Source of the DNA: Nanobdellota archaeon
GTDB taxonomy: Archaea > Nanobdellota > Nanobdellia > Pacearchaeales > GW2011-AR1
Direction: 5' to 3'
NCBI GenBank assembly: GCA_021799535.1
Contig: JAJZAH010000004.1
Span: forward strand, 6,450 to 70,449
DNA length: 64,000 bases
Below are positions 1 through 9,536 of the stretch, piece by piece (the stretch's first letter is position 1; every line of letters begins with the position of its first letter). The position numbers and the translations under genes are program-made. The notes under the pieces are model-generated. The model did not search any database and was not told the origin of the DNA. It saw only the letters and a list, made by a program, of their open reading frames with translations.

Positions 1-369
1 GTCTTCACGTCTGTATGGTCTTCTCCCATCAAAATAAAGAACAGAAAAGATTTATATAATTAGCCATGCGGAGAATTGTATGATTGAATATTACAAATAT
101 GACCTGCTTAACTACCACAGCAGCCAGATTTACTTTTACCGCAAAAGGCCGACGATGAACACAAAAAATTATTTTTTTGGACCTTTCTTTAGCGGAGATG
201 AAACGGCTCAAAACTACAAGCCCGCGGGAGATCCGTGGGAGATTATAAGAAAAATAGTATATCAGAAAAGAGATTATAACAGAAAGGAAGAAAAAGATTC
301 CTGTTAAAAATTTAAATACCACAATCCGCAAATAAAAATACTTAAAAAAGAAACACAACTTTAATTAAT

Positions 370-1098
370 ATGAAATTAAAACTTGAAGACCCAACACTTT
401 TCACGAAAGCGATAGAGCTTATATCTGACCTGGTCCTTGAAGTCAGAATAAAAGTGAATGAGTTTGGGATTTCTATTGTCGCAATAGACCCGGGAAATAT
501 CTCAATGGTATCTATGAGAATACCCAAAAAAGCCTTCAAGGAATTTGAATCCGAGCCGGAGGTCCTTGGAGTAAACCTTGAAAACCTTAAAAAAATACTT
601 AGAAGAGCGTCTAAAACAAGCTCACTCCTCCTTGAAAGGAAAGAGAACTCACTTGAGATAAAAATAGAAGACAAGATAAACCGGATATTCACATTAAACC
701 TCATCGAAGTTGAAAGGGAAGACAAAGAATTCCCCGAACACCTTGAATTCTCATCGAAAGTAATTATAAATTCGCAGGACCTTATCGACTCAATAGAAGA
801 CTGCCTTGTCGTTTCTGACGCATGTTCATTCATCATAAAAGACAAGAAATTTATAATAGAATCCAAAGAGACAAATTCTGCAAGGACAGAATTCTCGCAG
901 GATGAAGCTAACATAGAAGCGGAAGACTGCCGCGCACGTTACAGCTTAGAATATCTGCAGAAATTCATGAAAGCAGGAAAGCAGTTTGAGACAACAACAT
1001 TGAAATTCGCCGAAGACCACCCAATAAGAGTGGATTTCACAAGCGAACACCTATCGCTAAGCTTCCTTCTCGCGCCAAGGATGGAGACCGAAGATTAG
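370..1098 (+). CDS. pcn: DNA polymerase sliding clamp (PCNA)
   Basis: 242-aa ORF with the length and overall pattern of archaeal PCNA, including the C-terminal LSFLLAPRME + acidic tail. An A/T-rich TATA-like box lies ~30 nt upstream of the ATG. Confidence 0.85.
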   Translation: MKLKLEDPTLFTKAIELISDLVLEVRIKVNEFGISIVAIDPGNISMVSMRIPKKAFKEFESEPEVLGVNLENLKKILRRASKTSSLLLERKENSLEIKIEDKINRIFTLNLIEVEREDKEFPEHLEFSSKVIINSQDLIDSIEDCLVVSDACSFIIKDKKFIIESKETNSARTEFSQDEANIEAEDCRARYSLEYLQKFMKAGKQFETTTLKFAEDHPIRVDFTSEHLSLSFLLAPRMETED

Positions 1099-1139
1099 TC
1101 ACTAAAAAAATTTATAAAAATCATTTCCCAAATTAATTC

Positions 1140-2369
1140 ATGATTCAAAACAGTCTTATTGACTTGATAAACCAGAATCTCAAAAGAGGGATTGATCCCA
1201 AATCTATAGAAGACGAACTTGTGAATTCGGGATGGAAAATAAAAGATATCCGCGACACAATAAAATACGCACAGGAAATAAATCAAAATGGGTCCGGAGC
1301 GGCTTCTGCAATATTCAGTTCAAGAAGAACATGGATATATGCCTCACTTCCAATCATCTTCGTTGCCGCAGGAATATTTATATTTTTTATCTTGACATCC
1401 CCGCATGCACAATATAGTGCAAATCAGATTTCAAATGGTGTCAATGTTAATCTTGCACAAGGAAAAAACACAACTTTTGCAGTAGATAATCAGCAGCATA
1501 TAATAGAAGTAAACTCAGTCAGCACAAATTCGGCAGTTATTACAATCCATAGCAATCCCATAATACTCAACCTGACAGTCGGAGAAACAAAAGAAGTTGA
1601 CCTGAACGGCGACGGAACGCCCGATATAATTGTAAAACTTGTGAGCATAAACAATGGAGTCCCTAATGTTTATATACAAAAAATTAAAGCCAATTGTACA
1701 GAGAACTGGCAATGTGGCAACTGGAGCGAATGCAGAGCCGACGGGAAAGAGATAAGAACATGCACAGATCTTAATTCATGCGGAACAGACAAAAGTATGC
1801 CCCCCGCAGAAAAAAATTGTAATTATAATTATTCAGCAACAAATGACCACACTTCAATAACCTCAAATTTTTCTCCAGATTCGATGAGAGAAAACAGCTC
1901 TGTGAATTTTTCAGCGAGACTGGACTCGAGCCTAAACAAGACAACAAACGGAAATGCAGGACAAAGTTTGAATCAGACAAATAGCTCCACAAATTTAAAC
2001 GTGGAAGCAAACATACCTAAAGGGGTAAACTTATCGACTCCCGAAAGTGCCGCAAAAGCTGTATGGGAAAGCTTCAATAACAACAACTCAAAAGAATTTT
2101 ATTACTTATCAAGTTCAGAATTGAGAAGCAAATGCGATGAATCTGAACCTTTTTGCAACAAAACCTTTTACAATGCAAAAGCACTCATAATTTACACAAG
2201 AGGATATAACCTATTCGTCGAACCAAATTACAGAATGACTCTGAGTTTTCAAAATTCAACAGATGCAAATGTTCTTATTTATGCCCCAACAAATATCACG
2301 TGGCCTGTTACAATCAGTCTGGAAAAAGAAGATTCTTTATGGTGGAACCAAAAGATTATAATATCGTGA
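1140..2369 (+). CDS. Membrane-anchored extracellular protein with a Cys/Trp-rich motif; function unknown
   Basis: 409-aa ORF. A small N-terminal cytoplasmic domain is followed by one TM helix (WIYASLPIIFVAAGIFIFFIL). The ectodomain is Asn/Ser/Thr-rich and contains CTENWQCGNWSECRADGKEIRTCTDLNSCG. Confidence 0.6.
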   Translation: MIQNSLIDLINQNLKRGIDPKSIEDELVNSGWKIKDIRDTIKYAQEINQNGSGAASAIFSSRRTWIYASLPIIFVAAGIFIFFILTSPHAQYSANQISNGVNVNLAQGKNTTFAVDNQQHIIEVNSVSTNSAVITIHSNPIILNLTVGETKEVDLNGDGTPDIIVKLVSINNGVPNVYIQKIKANCTENWQCGNWSECRADGKEIRTCTDLNSCGTDKSMPPAEKNCNYNYSATNDHTSITSNFSPDSMRENSSVNFSARLDSSLNKTTNGNAGQSLNQTNSSTNLNVEANIPKGVNLSTPESAAKAVWESFNNNNSKEFYYLSSSELRSKCDESEPFCNKTFYNAKALIIYTRGYNLFVEPNYRMTLSFQNSTDANVLIYAPTNITWPVTISLEKEDSLWWNQKIIIS

Positions 2370-2444
2370 GTTCATTCAGAATATCCGAGGCATATCTTTT
2401 CATTCTATTGAAATATTTATAAATGTAAAAATCCTTGAAAAGAA

Positions 2445-3263
2445 ATGAAAGAGGCGCCCCGTTCTATCGGCAAAAAAGGCCAGGTAACAATATTTGTCAT
2501 CCTTGCGATAGTGATAGTCGTCTTGGGGGTCCTCATCTACCTCTTTTTCCCAGGGATAAAAACGACAGCGACGTCAGTTGAAGAGAATCCTGTCGCTTAT
2601 TTCCAAAGCTGCGTCCAGGGAAACTTAAGTGCAAATGTCGAGACTGTCAGCCTTCAGGGAGGAAGCATGAATCCAAGCTCAAGCGTTGTATACATGGGGA
2701 ATAAAATTGCCTATTTATGCTATACAAACCAGCCTTACACAGAATCTCCGACGATAATGTGCGTCCCACAGGTCGCATTCCTGGTGTCAAGCATCGAAAG
2801 CCAACTCAAACAAAGCATGGCTGCGACAGTGCACAACTGCTTCTCACAGATGAAACAGGATTACACAAGCAAAGGATATACGGATGTAAACCTTCAGGAG
2901 GGCGATTTCAATGTGAACCTCCTGCCAAACAAAGTCGTCCTTCACAGCAACACGCAACTGACTCTCACAAAGGGATCACAAAAATATTATGATTCATTTG
3001 ATGTTGTTCTCAACAATAATCTTTTTGAACTCGCTTCACTTGCAAGTACAATAGTCGGATGGGAGGAAACATACGGCAACGCTGATCCTGTCTACTTCAT
3101 GAACTATTATCCGGATCTGAACATAACCAAAAATGTCCTTTCAGACTGGACCAAAGTCTGGATAATACAGGAAAGAAGCACTGGGGACAAATTCGAATTC
3201 GCGGTCAGGAGTATAAACTGGCCTTTAGGTATACCTAAACCATCCAATCAGACAGCACAATGA
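2445..3263 (+). CDS. Type IV pilin-like protein (class III signal peptide)
   Basis: The N-terminus MKEAPRSIGKKG/QVTIFVILAIVIVVLGVLIYLF has a basic stretch, then [KR]G-Q, then a ~22-aa hydrophobic helix. It is first of a same-strand run and overlaps the next gene by 4 nt. Confidence 0.6.
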   Translation: MKEAPRSIGKKGQVTIFVILAIVIVVLGVLIYLFFPGIKTTATSVEENPVAYFQSCVQGNLSANVETVSLQGGSMNPSSSVVYMGNKIAYLCYTNQPYTESPTIMCVPQVAFLVSSIESQLKQSMAATVHNCFSQMKQDYTSKGYTDVNLQEGDFNVNLLPNKVVLHSNTQLTLTKGSQKYYDSFDVVLNNNLFELASLASTIVGWEETYGNADPVYFMNYYPDLNITKNVLSDWTKVWIIQERSTGDKFEFAVRSINWPLGIPKPSNQTAQ

Positions 3264-5053
3264 GAAAAAGAGGGATAGCGATCATATTTTTGGCATCACT
3301 GTTAGTCCTGACTGTTTTCTTATTCAGTTCACATTTGGTCTCAGCAGACAACAATGTTTGCTGCGAAAAGTTAAGCAACGCCGCCGGAGGGCAGTGGTGC
3401 CAGAACGCACCCGCAAGCTCGTGCAATGCAAGTTTCCAGATGGCTCCCACCGCGTGCGAGTCTACCTCTTTTTGTAAACCGGGAACATGTTACGGAAGCA
3501 CAGGAACCGCAAGCCAAGCAGGGCTTTGCAATGAAGGGGTGAGTCAGATAGTATGCCAGAATAACGGCGGCGCATGGAGCGACCAGAGAGCTTCAGCACT
3601 TGCGCAATGCCAACTCGGATGCTGTTACTTAGGCTCAAGCCAGGCGCTCCTCTCAACTCAGGTCAGATGCAAACAACTTTCATCAAATTACGGTGTGAAC
3701 ACAAGCTGGGACAGTTCGATCACCTCAGAGACCCAATGCATAGCAAGTGCAGGCGGTGACACTAAAGGGGCATGCGTGTACCAGACAGGAGGAGAAAGAA
3801 CATGCAGACTCACAACAAAGACCGGATGCAACAACCTGCAATCAAACGGAAGCGTCTCGGGGGTCACATTCTACCCGAATGACTTATGTTCAAATGAAGA
3901 GCTTCACACAAATTGCGGACCTTCAAAGCAAACAACATGTGTTGTAGGTCAGGATGCAGTTTATTTTGTTGACACATGCGGAAACGTAGCTAATGTATAC
4001 GACGCAAGCAGGGCAAATGATCCAACCTACTGGGCAACAATAATACCCAAGAGCGATTCATGCAGCAACTCAAGCAGCAATATAAATAACCCTTCATGTG
4101 GAAACTGTGATTTTGTCTTGGGAAGCACATGTGCACCAGCGCAAAGGGGACAAACACAGCCTGTTTATGGCAATAACATATGTAAGGATCTCGGATGCAA
4201 CTATAACGGAAAATATTACCAGCAGGGGGAGTCATGGTGCGCTCTCACACCAGGAACGACAACAATAACAGACCAGAACCAAAACGGAAGCTATACTTTC
4301 GGCTCGTCGGGATCGACTCCTAATAGCGCATCCCAAAATATTCCGGGATCGGTTTACGAAAAATTAACATGCTATGACGGGCAAGTAAATTCCGAGTTTT
4401 GCGGAGACGGAAGGCAGCAGACGTGCGTCCAAGACACAATACAAACCTCAAATGGCCCATTCAGTAATGCCGCATGTGAACTCAATAGATGGCAGGATTG
4501 TTACAGCCAGACGAATGAGACAAGCTGCCTTGACAGGACACAGAGAGACTGCCAATGGATAAGTAACACTTTCCCCTATGGGACACAAAACACCCAAGGA
4601 GCTAAAAAATCAGGGGCATGCGCACCCTTGAATGCACCGGGATTCGATTTCTATAACGGAAGCGGAAACGGCGACACAATAAGCTCACTTGGAACAATAA
4701 TCTGCCCATACAAAATAGAGTATTCTGTAGCAGGCGGATACAAAATAACGGAAGGGGGAGACTGTTTAACATTAACTGGGAATACTGCGCATCATATGAC
4801 TAACCAAATAAATCCCCAGTGGGTCCAAGGGATGTATGCAAGATGTATAGCAATAGGAGACAGCGGACCAAAGACAAATTATTTAGGATATCCGGGTGAG
4901 ACACAGGTAATAGCTGAAAAGATAACTTCCGGAAACGCCACAACGAACATAATAAGCACTAACGGAAACGGCATAATAAAAGTGGATAACGGAAACGGAA
5001 TTGCCCAAACTTACAAAAGCTGGTCGAATTTCATAAGAGGAATAATAGGATGA
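3260..5053 (+). CDS. Secreted Cys-rich protein (597 aa); function unknown
   Basis: N-terminus MRKRG/IAIIFLASLLVLTVFLF...VSA. I count about 39 Cys. The composition is Gly/Ser/Thr/Asn/Gln-rich. It has 4-nt overlaps with both neighbours. Confidence 0.6.
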   Translation: MRKRGIAIIFLASLLVLTVFLFSSHLVSADNNVCCEKLSNAAGGQWCQNAPASSCNASFQMAPTACESTSFCKPGTCYGSTGTASQAGLCNEGVSQIVCQNNGGAWSDQRASALAQCQLGCCYLGSSQALLSTQVRCKQLSSNYGVNTSWDSSITSETQCIASAGGDTKGACVYQTGGERTCRLTTKTGCNNLQSNGSVSGVTFYPNDLCSNEELHTNCGPSKQTTCVVGQDAVYFVDTCGNVANVYDASRANDPTYWATIIPKSDSCSNSSSNINNPSCGNCDFVLGSTCAPAQRGQTQPVYGNNICKDLGCNYNGKYYQQGESWCALTPGTTTITDQNQNGSYTFGSSGSTPNSASQNIPGSVYEKLTCYDGQVNSEFCGDGRQQTCVQDTIQTSNGPFSNAACELNRWQDCYSQTNETSCLDRTQRDCQWISNTFPYGTQNTQGAKKSGACAPLNAPGFDFYNGSGNGDTISSLGTIICPYKIEYSVAGGYKITEGGDCLTLTGNTAHHMTNQINPQWVQGMYARCIAIGDSGPKTNYLGYPGETQVIAEKITSGNATTNIISTNGNGIIKVDNGNGIAQTYKSWSNFIRGIIG

Positions 5054-7371
5054 TGATAGATAAAGGAAACAGAAAAGCAATCGCCTTAAGCGAGATAGGA
5101 ATCCTCATAATCGGAATCTTCGCATTCATATGGATGATAAATGGACTGCCGGGGGTGAGTGCTGCGGGAGGAGGGATGCAAATCGGTTCTTCATGCATCG
5201 TCCCTGGTGTCAGCGCAGGAACATGCATCAGCACCTCTACATGTGCCAGTCAAGGTGGAAAATCTTATCCAAACTATTGCCCTGGTCTTCCAACGGACGT
5301 GCAGTGTTGCATCACACCGATAAATGCCCCAGCGAAAGGAACAACGGGTGGTTCTTTTGATTTCACTTCCACGGTAGCTGGTGCAGGTACTGGAGCCTTG
5401 GTGAATAGAGGAATAAACTTAGCGATTCCTCCAGTAAATCCGGCTCCTGCAAAGATAATAGAAACCGAATCGCTTCAAGCTCAAGCTGCAGATGCGGCAA
5501 AGAAGCTATCTGGGACACTTCCCCCTTCAGCGTTACCTTCAGTTGGATCTTCATCAAATTTTTGGGGAAAGACTTGGATTGGTGCTACGACATTTGCGAC
5601 AATCGCGGCATATGTAGGAGTTGCCGTCGCTGCTGTTGGGGGATATTTCGGTATGAAAGCTGTGGCGAGGGCTGTACACGCAAATTCTGACTGGACAGCG
5701 GCATTCGGAACAATAGGAGCGGGAGCGGGAGCAATAGCCGGAACATTAATATTGTTTGCAGGGAGCATACCTGTAGCGGGATGGGTCATAGCCGCCGCGG
5801 CAACAGTTGTTGCGGGAATCATAGGGATATTTTCAAAGTCAGTCCAAGAATCAGGGGTTGTTGTGTTTTACTGCAACCAATGGCAGCCTCAGACAGGCGG
5901 AGCAAATTGCGATCTTTGCAACCACCAGAATGTTCCCTGCTCACTGTACCAGTGCAAGAGTTTGGGCCAATCATGCGCATTCATACAAAGTGATCCTTCA
6001 AACAACGGAGCATCTTTCTGTTTTTACAACAATTCAAATGACATAAATCCTCCATTCATGGTGCCTGACAGCGGATCTCTCACGCCAGGGTATTATTACC
6101 AAAACTCAACCGCCGTCTCACCTCCAGATAGAGGTGTCCAGATAATAGACACAAAGACCCAGGATGGCTGCGCTCTTCCATTCAGCACGGTTTCCTTTGG
6201 AGTAAATACCCTCAATGAACTCACAAAGGCGCCTTATTACGCTGCATGCAAAGTCAGTTTCACAAGGATGAATTCATACGAAAGCATGAGCAATTATATA
6301 GACGGAAGCGGTCTTAAATTGAATCATACGATGATCTTAAAGGTCCCTGAAATAAACACCAGCGTAGGACAGTCGAATATGATATCCGCTTATGTGAGAT
6401 GCCAGGACGCCAACGGAAACGCTGACACAGGAAATTTCGTGTTCCAGATGTGTGTGCAAAAAGGTCCTGACCTCACTCCTCCAGTCATAGAATCCACAAG
6501 TTTGGATAACAACACCAAAGTCGCTTCCAACGTGACAAACGCAACCGTTGCATTCTATGTTAACAAACCTGCAATATGCAAATGGTCTTTCAAGCCGGGA
6601 GAAGATTACAGCAACATGGAAAATAACATGAGCTGCGCAAACGAATCAACACAGATAAACCTTAACCTTGATTATGCATGCTCGGCAAACCTTACAGGAA
6701 TCTCTCAAAGCAAGAAAACATTTTATTATGTGAGATGCCAGGACTTAACACCTCAGAGGAACACAAATATCCAGGACTATGTTTACTCACTTTCGTCCTC
6801 GCCCGCTCTTGTCATAAAGAATGTATCACCTAATGCAACAGTCATAAAAGACTCGACAAGCCCTGTCCCTGTCACAATCACAGCCTCGACAATAGGAGGG
6901 GCCTATGACGGCAATGCTGTATGCTCTTACAGCACAACAGGAAGGATAGGAGATTATGTGATATTTGACAACACCTCATCATACAAAAGTTCAACAACTG
7001 TATATGACACAGCCGGGCCTCAAACTTATTATATAAGATGCAGCGACCTTGGAGGCAACGTGGACACCAAAGTAATAAACTTCAATGTGAGTGTTGATAA
7101 TACCGCTCCCCTGATATCAAGAGCTTACTATGACAATGGCCAGATGAAGATAATAACAAGCGAGAAGGCGTCATGTGAATACTCAACATCAAGCTGTGAT
7201 TACAATTTCGGAGACGGCACAAACATAACAAGCTACGACGGGATAAACCATAACTTCCCATGGAACACTGCAACTGACCTTTATATAAAATGTGAAGATA
7301 TCTACGGCAATCTGCCTTCTACAGGCACATGCAGTATTATTGTAAGAGCTTACGGAAACCAAAACTCATAA
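5050..7371 (+). CDS. Large surface protein: Cys-knot-like N-domain, Gly/Ala-rich TM block, four tandem Cys-pair repeats
   Basis: 773 aa. The N-terminus is NRKA/IALSEIGILIIGIFAFIW, followed by a C-rich module ending CPGLPTDVQCC. A hydrophobic Gly/Ala-rich region sits at about aa 170-260. Four ~95-aa repeats each end in Y[VI][RK]C[QSE]D..GN. Confidence 0.6.
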   Translation: MMIDKGNRKAIALSEIGILIIGIFAFIWMINGLPGVSAAGGGMQIGSSCIVPGVSAGTCISTSTCASQGGKSYPNYCPGLPTDVQCCITPINAPAKGTTGGSFDFTSTVAGAGTGALVNRGINLAIPPVNPAPAKIIETESLQAQAADAAKKLSGTLPPSALPSVGSSSNFWGKTWIGATTFATIAAYVGVAVAAVGGYFGMKAVARAVHANSDWTAAFGTIGAGAGAIAGTLILFAGSIPVAGWVIAAAATVVAGIIGIFSKSVQESGVVVFYCNQWQPQTGGANCDLCNHQNVPCSLYQCKSLGQSCAFIQSDPSNNGASFCFYNNSNDINPPFMVPDSGSLTPGYYYQNSTAVSPPDRGVQIIDTKTQDGCALPFSTVSFGVNTLNELTKAPYYAACKVSFTRMNSYESMSNYIDGSGLKLNHTMILKVPEINTSVGQSNMISAYVRCQDANGNADTGNFVFQMCVQKGPDLTPPVIESTSLDNNTKVASNVTNATVAFYVNKPAICKWSFKPGEDYSNMENNMSCANESTQINLNLDYACSANLTGISQSKKTFYYVRCQDLTPQRNTNIQDYVYSLSSSPALVIKNVSPNATVIKDSTSPVPVTITASTIGGAYDGNAVCSYSTTGRIGDYVIFDNTSSYKSSTTVYDTAGPQTYYIRCSDLGGNVDTKVINFNVSVDNTAPLISRAYYDNGQMKIITSEKASCEYSTSSCDYNFGDGTNITSYDGINHNFPWNTATDLYIKCEDIYGNLPSTGTCSIIVRAYGNQNS

Positions 7372-7637
7372 TATAAGTTAGATATCGGCGGCCGCTTTTG
7401 AGGAAAATATCTCGCCTGCACTCAAGGCTGCCAAATGACAGGGCTTTGCAGAAGTTTCTTAGCTTCGGTTTATTTGCCAAATTTGCGTTGCGGCTTTAGC
7501 CGCCAACGGGCGGGAAAAAAAGCAAAAAAACCATCTCTTTCTAAAAACCACACGACAGAAAAATTTTACCTGCTCGTACCCTCATTAAATCAATAGGTTT
7601 TCCATAAATTTAAAAATTAGGCGGACCTGAAAGTAAT

Positions 7638-8060
7638 ATGGACAAAAAAAGAGGGCAGCTGGAGATTTCTTTTGGCACAATTTTCTCAATAATACTTATA
7701 ATTGCTTTCCTTGGAGCCGCATTCTATGCAATACAAAAATTCCTCTCTTTCCAAAGCGAACTCCAAACCCAGAAGTTCTATGATTCCCTAAGGACAGATG
7801 TTAACTCAGTATGGACAAGCAATGAAGCATCAAAGCAGACCGAATATGTCCTGCCGTCAAGTGTGAAGCAAGTATGCTTCAGGAATGACAATAATGACAA
7901 TGTCTACTTTATGGAAAACACGCCCGTTCCAGGACAATATGTAGACCATCTGAATATATTGACCCCTTATTGCGTGAACGCTTCAAATGGGAAAGTTGAT
8001 TTCATAATCAAAAAAAATTACGGGGAGCCCCTTGTTAGTGTAACTGCGGCAACAGGTTAG
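7638..8060 (+). CDS. Type IV pilin-like protein (class III signal peptide)
   Basis: MDKKRG/QLEISFGTIFSIILIIAFLGAAFYAI is a textbook archaeal prepilin N-terminus (RGQ.E.S, DUF361-like). Confidence 0.65.
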   Translation: MDKKRGQLEISFGTIFSIILIIAFLGAAFYAIQKFLSFQSELQTQKFYDSLRTDVNSVWTSNEASKQTEYVLPSSVKQVCFRNDNNDNVYFMENTPVPGQYVDHLNILTPYCVNASNGKVDFIIKKNYGEPLVSVTAATG

Positions 8061-8073
8061 CTCTAAGGTCAAA

Positions 8074-9024
8074 ATGCCAAAAATAAAAAGGTTCAGACAA
8101 AGAAACGGGGCCAAAAGAGGTTTCCTTGACCTTCCGTTCTCATGGGTTTTTGCACTTATTGTCGGAGCGATAATACTTTTTGGAGCCATATACTTCGCAA
8201 CAAGGGCGTCAAATGTCGCAAATACAGAATCATCAGCACAAACGGGCTCTTCACTTCTTAATCTACTCTCGCCTCTCCAGAACGGCGTCGAGTCCGCAAA
8301 CTCCATCACAATAAATCTTCCTGTTAACTCAATAATAAACCATCAGTGCAGCACATTCGGGAATTTCGGGACTGACTCAATCTCAGTTGATCAGTTTGTG
8401 AATAACAAATGGACAGACACAGGTGTAAAAATCTCATCAGAAAATAAGTATATCTTCTTCCCGTCGTCGCTTCAGGGGAAAAACCTCAACGTATTTTCAG
8501 AGCCATTCAGCTTCCCTTTCAAGGTCGCAGACCTCATGTATGTCACAAATGCGGACACAAAATACTGCTTTCTTAACATGCCCACAACTTCAAGGAAAGG
8601 ACTCCAAAATCTCAACCAGGGCAATTTCGAATATGACAACTGCTCCAACGACTCGGTAAAAGTCTGTTTCAATTCAAACATAAACTGCAATGTGAACGTC
8701 GACACAAATTACAGAACGGTGACGAAAAACGGGAATACGGTGTATTTCCAGGGAGACGCACTGATGTACGCAGCGATATTCTCGGACCAGAAGATATATG
8801 AATGCGAACTCGGCAGGCTTATGAACAGAACGAAAACTCTCCTGGATATATATAAAGAAAAATCTGCAAACCTTCTTAAAGTTGGATGCGATTCATCGAC
8901 GGATTTTGCAGGGTTTCAGAGTGATCTTGAAAGTTTCAACGGATCAGCAGACCTTTACATCCTCTCAAATGACGCAAACAATATGAATAGCATAAATAGC
9001 AATTCAGGATGTACGCTATGGTAA
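8074..9024 (+). CDS. Type IV pilin-like protein (class III signal peptide)
   Basis: ...NGAKRG/FLDLPFSWVFALIVGAIILFGAIYFA, with a 316-aa Cys-containing ectodomain. Confidence 0.55.
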   Translation: MPKIKRFRQRNGAKRGFLDLPFSWVFALIVGAIILFGAIYFATRASNVANTESSAQTGSSLLNLLSPLQNGVESANSITINLPVNSIINHQCSTFGNFGTDSISVDQFVNNKWTDTGVKISSENKYIFFPSSLQGKNLNVFSEPFSFPFKVADLMYVTNADTKYCFLNMPTTSRKGLQNLNQGNFEYDNCSNDSVKVCFNSNINCNVNVDTNYRTVTKNGNTVYFQGDALMYAAIFSDQKIYECELGRLMNRTKTLLDIYKEKSANLLKVGCDSSTDFAGFQSDLESFNGSADLYILSNDANNMNSINSNSGCTLW

Positions 9025-9536
9025 ACAAAAGAGGACAGATAAAAATACAACAGATGGTTTTCATGATACTCGGACTGACAGTATTTTTCGTCATAGCCGG
9101 GCTTTTTGTCCTGTCTTTGTTTCTTTCGGGGCTGAAAAGTTCACAGGCGGCAACAAGCGAACAGCAGGCAACACTACTTGTAGAAAATCTGGCAAATTCG
9201 CCTGAGTTCGCCTGCGGGAGCGCTTTCGGGACCCAAAGGACAGACTGTATAGATATGGACAAAGCTCTTGCCCTGAAAGACCACGCCGGACAATATGCGA
9301 GCTTCTGGGGCGTCCAGGAGATAGAAATATTAAGATTATATCCTCCGGAGAACTTCAGCATCGAGTGCACAAATGAAACGTACCCTAATTGTGGGAGACT
9401 CTCAATCCTAAAAACCGGAAACACAGGAACTGATGACTCTGCCTATGTGTCTTTATGCAGGAAAGAAAAATACGGCAATTCATTCTATGACAAATGTGAA
9501 ATGGGGGAACTCGCGGTGAGGATTTCAAATGGGTAG
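9018..9536 (+). CDS. Type IV pilin-like protein (class III signal peptide)
   Basis: MVNKRG/QIKIQQMVFMILGLTVFFVIAGLFVL. The ATG at 9018 overlaps the upstream stop (ATGGTAA). The track start at 9009 is an alternative. Confidence 0.6.
   Translation: MVNKRGQIKIQQMVFMILGLTVFFVIAGLFVLSLFLSGLKSSQAATSEQQATLLVENLANSPEFACGSAFGTQRTDCIDMDKALALKDHAGQYASFWGVQEIEILRLYPPENFSIECTNETYPNCGRLSILKTGNTGTDDSAYVSLCRKEKYGNSFYDKCEMGELAVRISNG

Noticed and set aside
80-307. 75-aa plus ORF and overlapping 109-aa minus ORF (29-358) at the window start
   Set aside because: Neither has a motif and both are AT-rich and low-complexity. A different minus-strand gene may start at ~28 (ATGGGAGAAGACC..., with a TATA-like TTATATAAATC ~25 nt upstream) and run off the window, but only 9 codons are visible.
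342-914. 190-aa minus-strand ORF
   Set aside because: It is antisense to the PCNA gene. It is Ser/Phe/Ile-rich with no motif.
7381-7395. Adjacent EcoRV (GATATC) and NotI (GCGGCCGC) sites, considered as a possible cloning-linker or vector artefact
   Set aside because: There is no other vector-like sequence, and the flanking genes are contiguous and in character with the genome. A single rare 8-mer is insufficient.
8936-9424. 162-aa minus-strand ORF inside the pilin-like cluster
   Set aside because: It is antisense to two well-patterned plus-strand genes, with no signal peptide logic or motif of its own.
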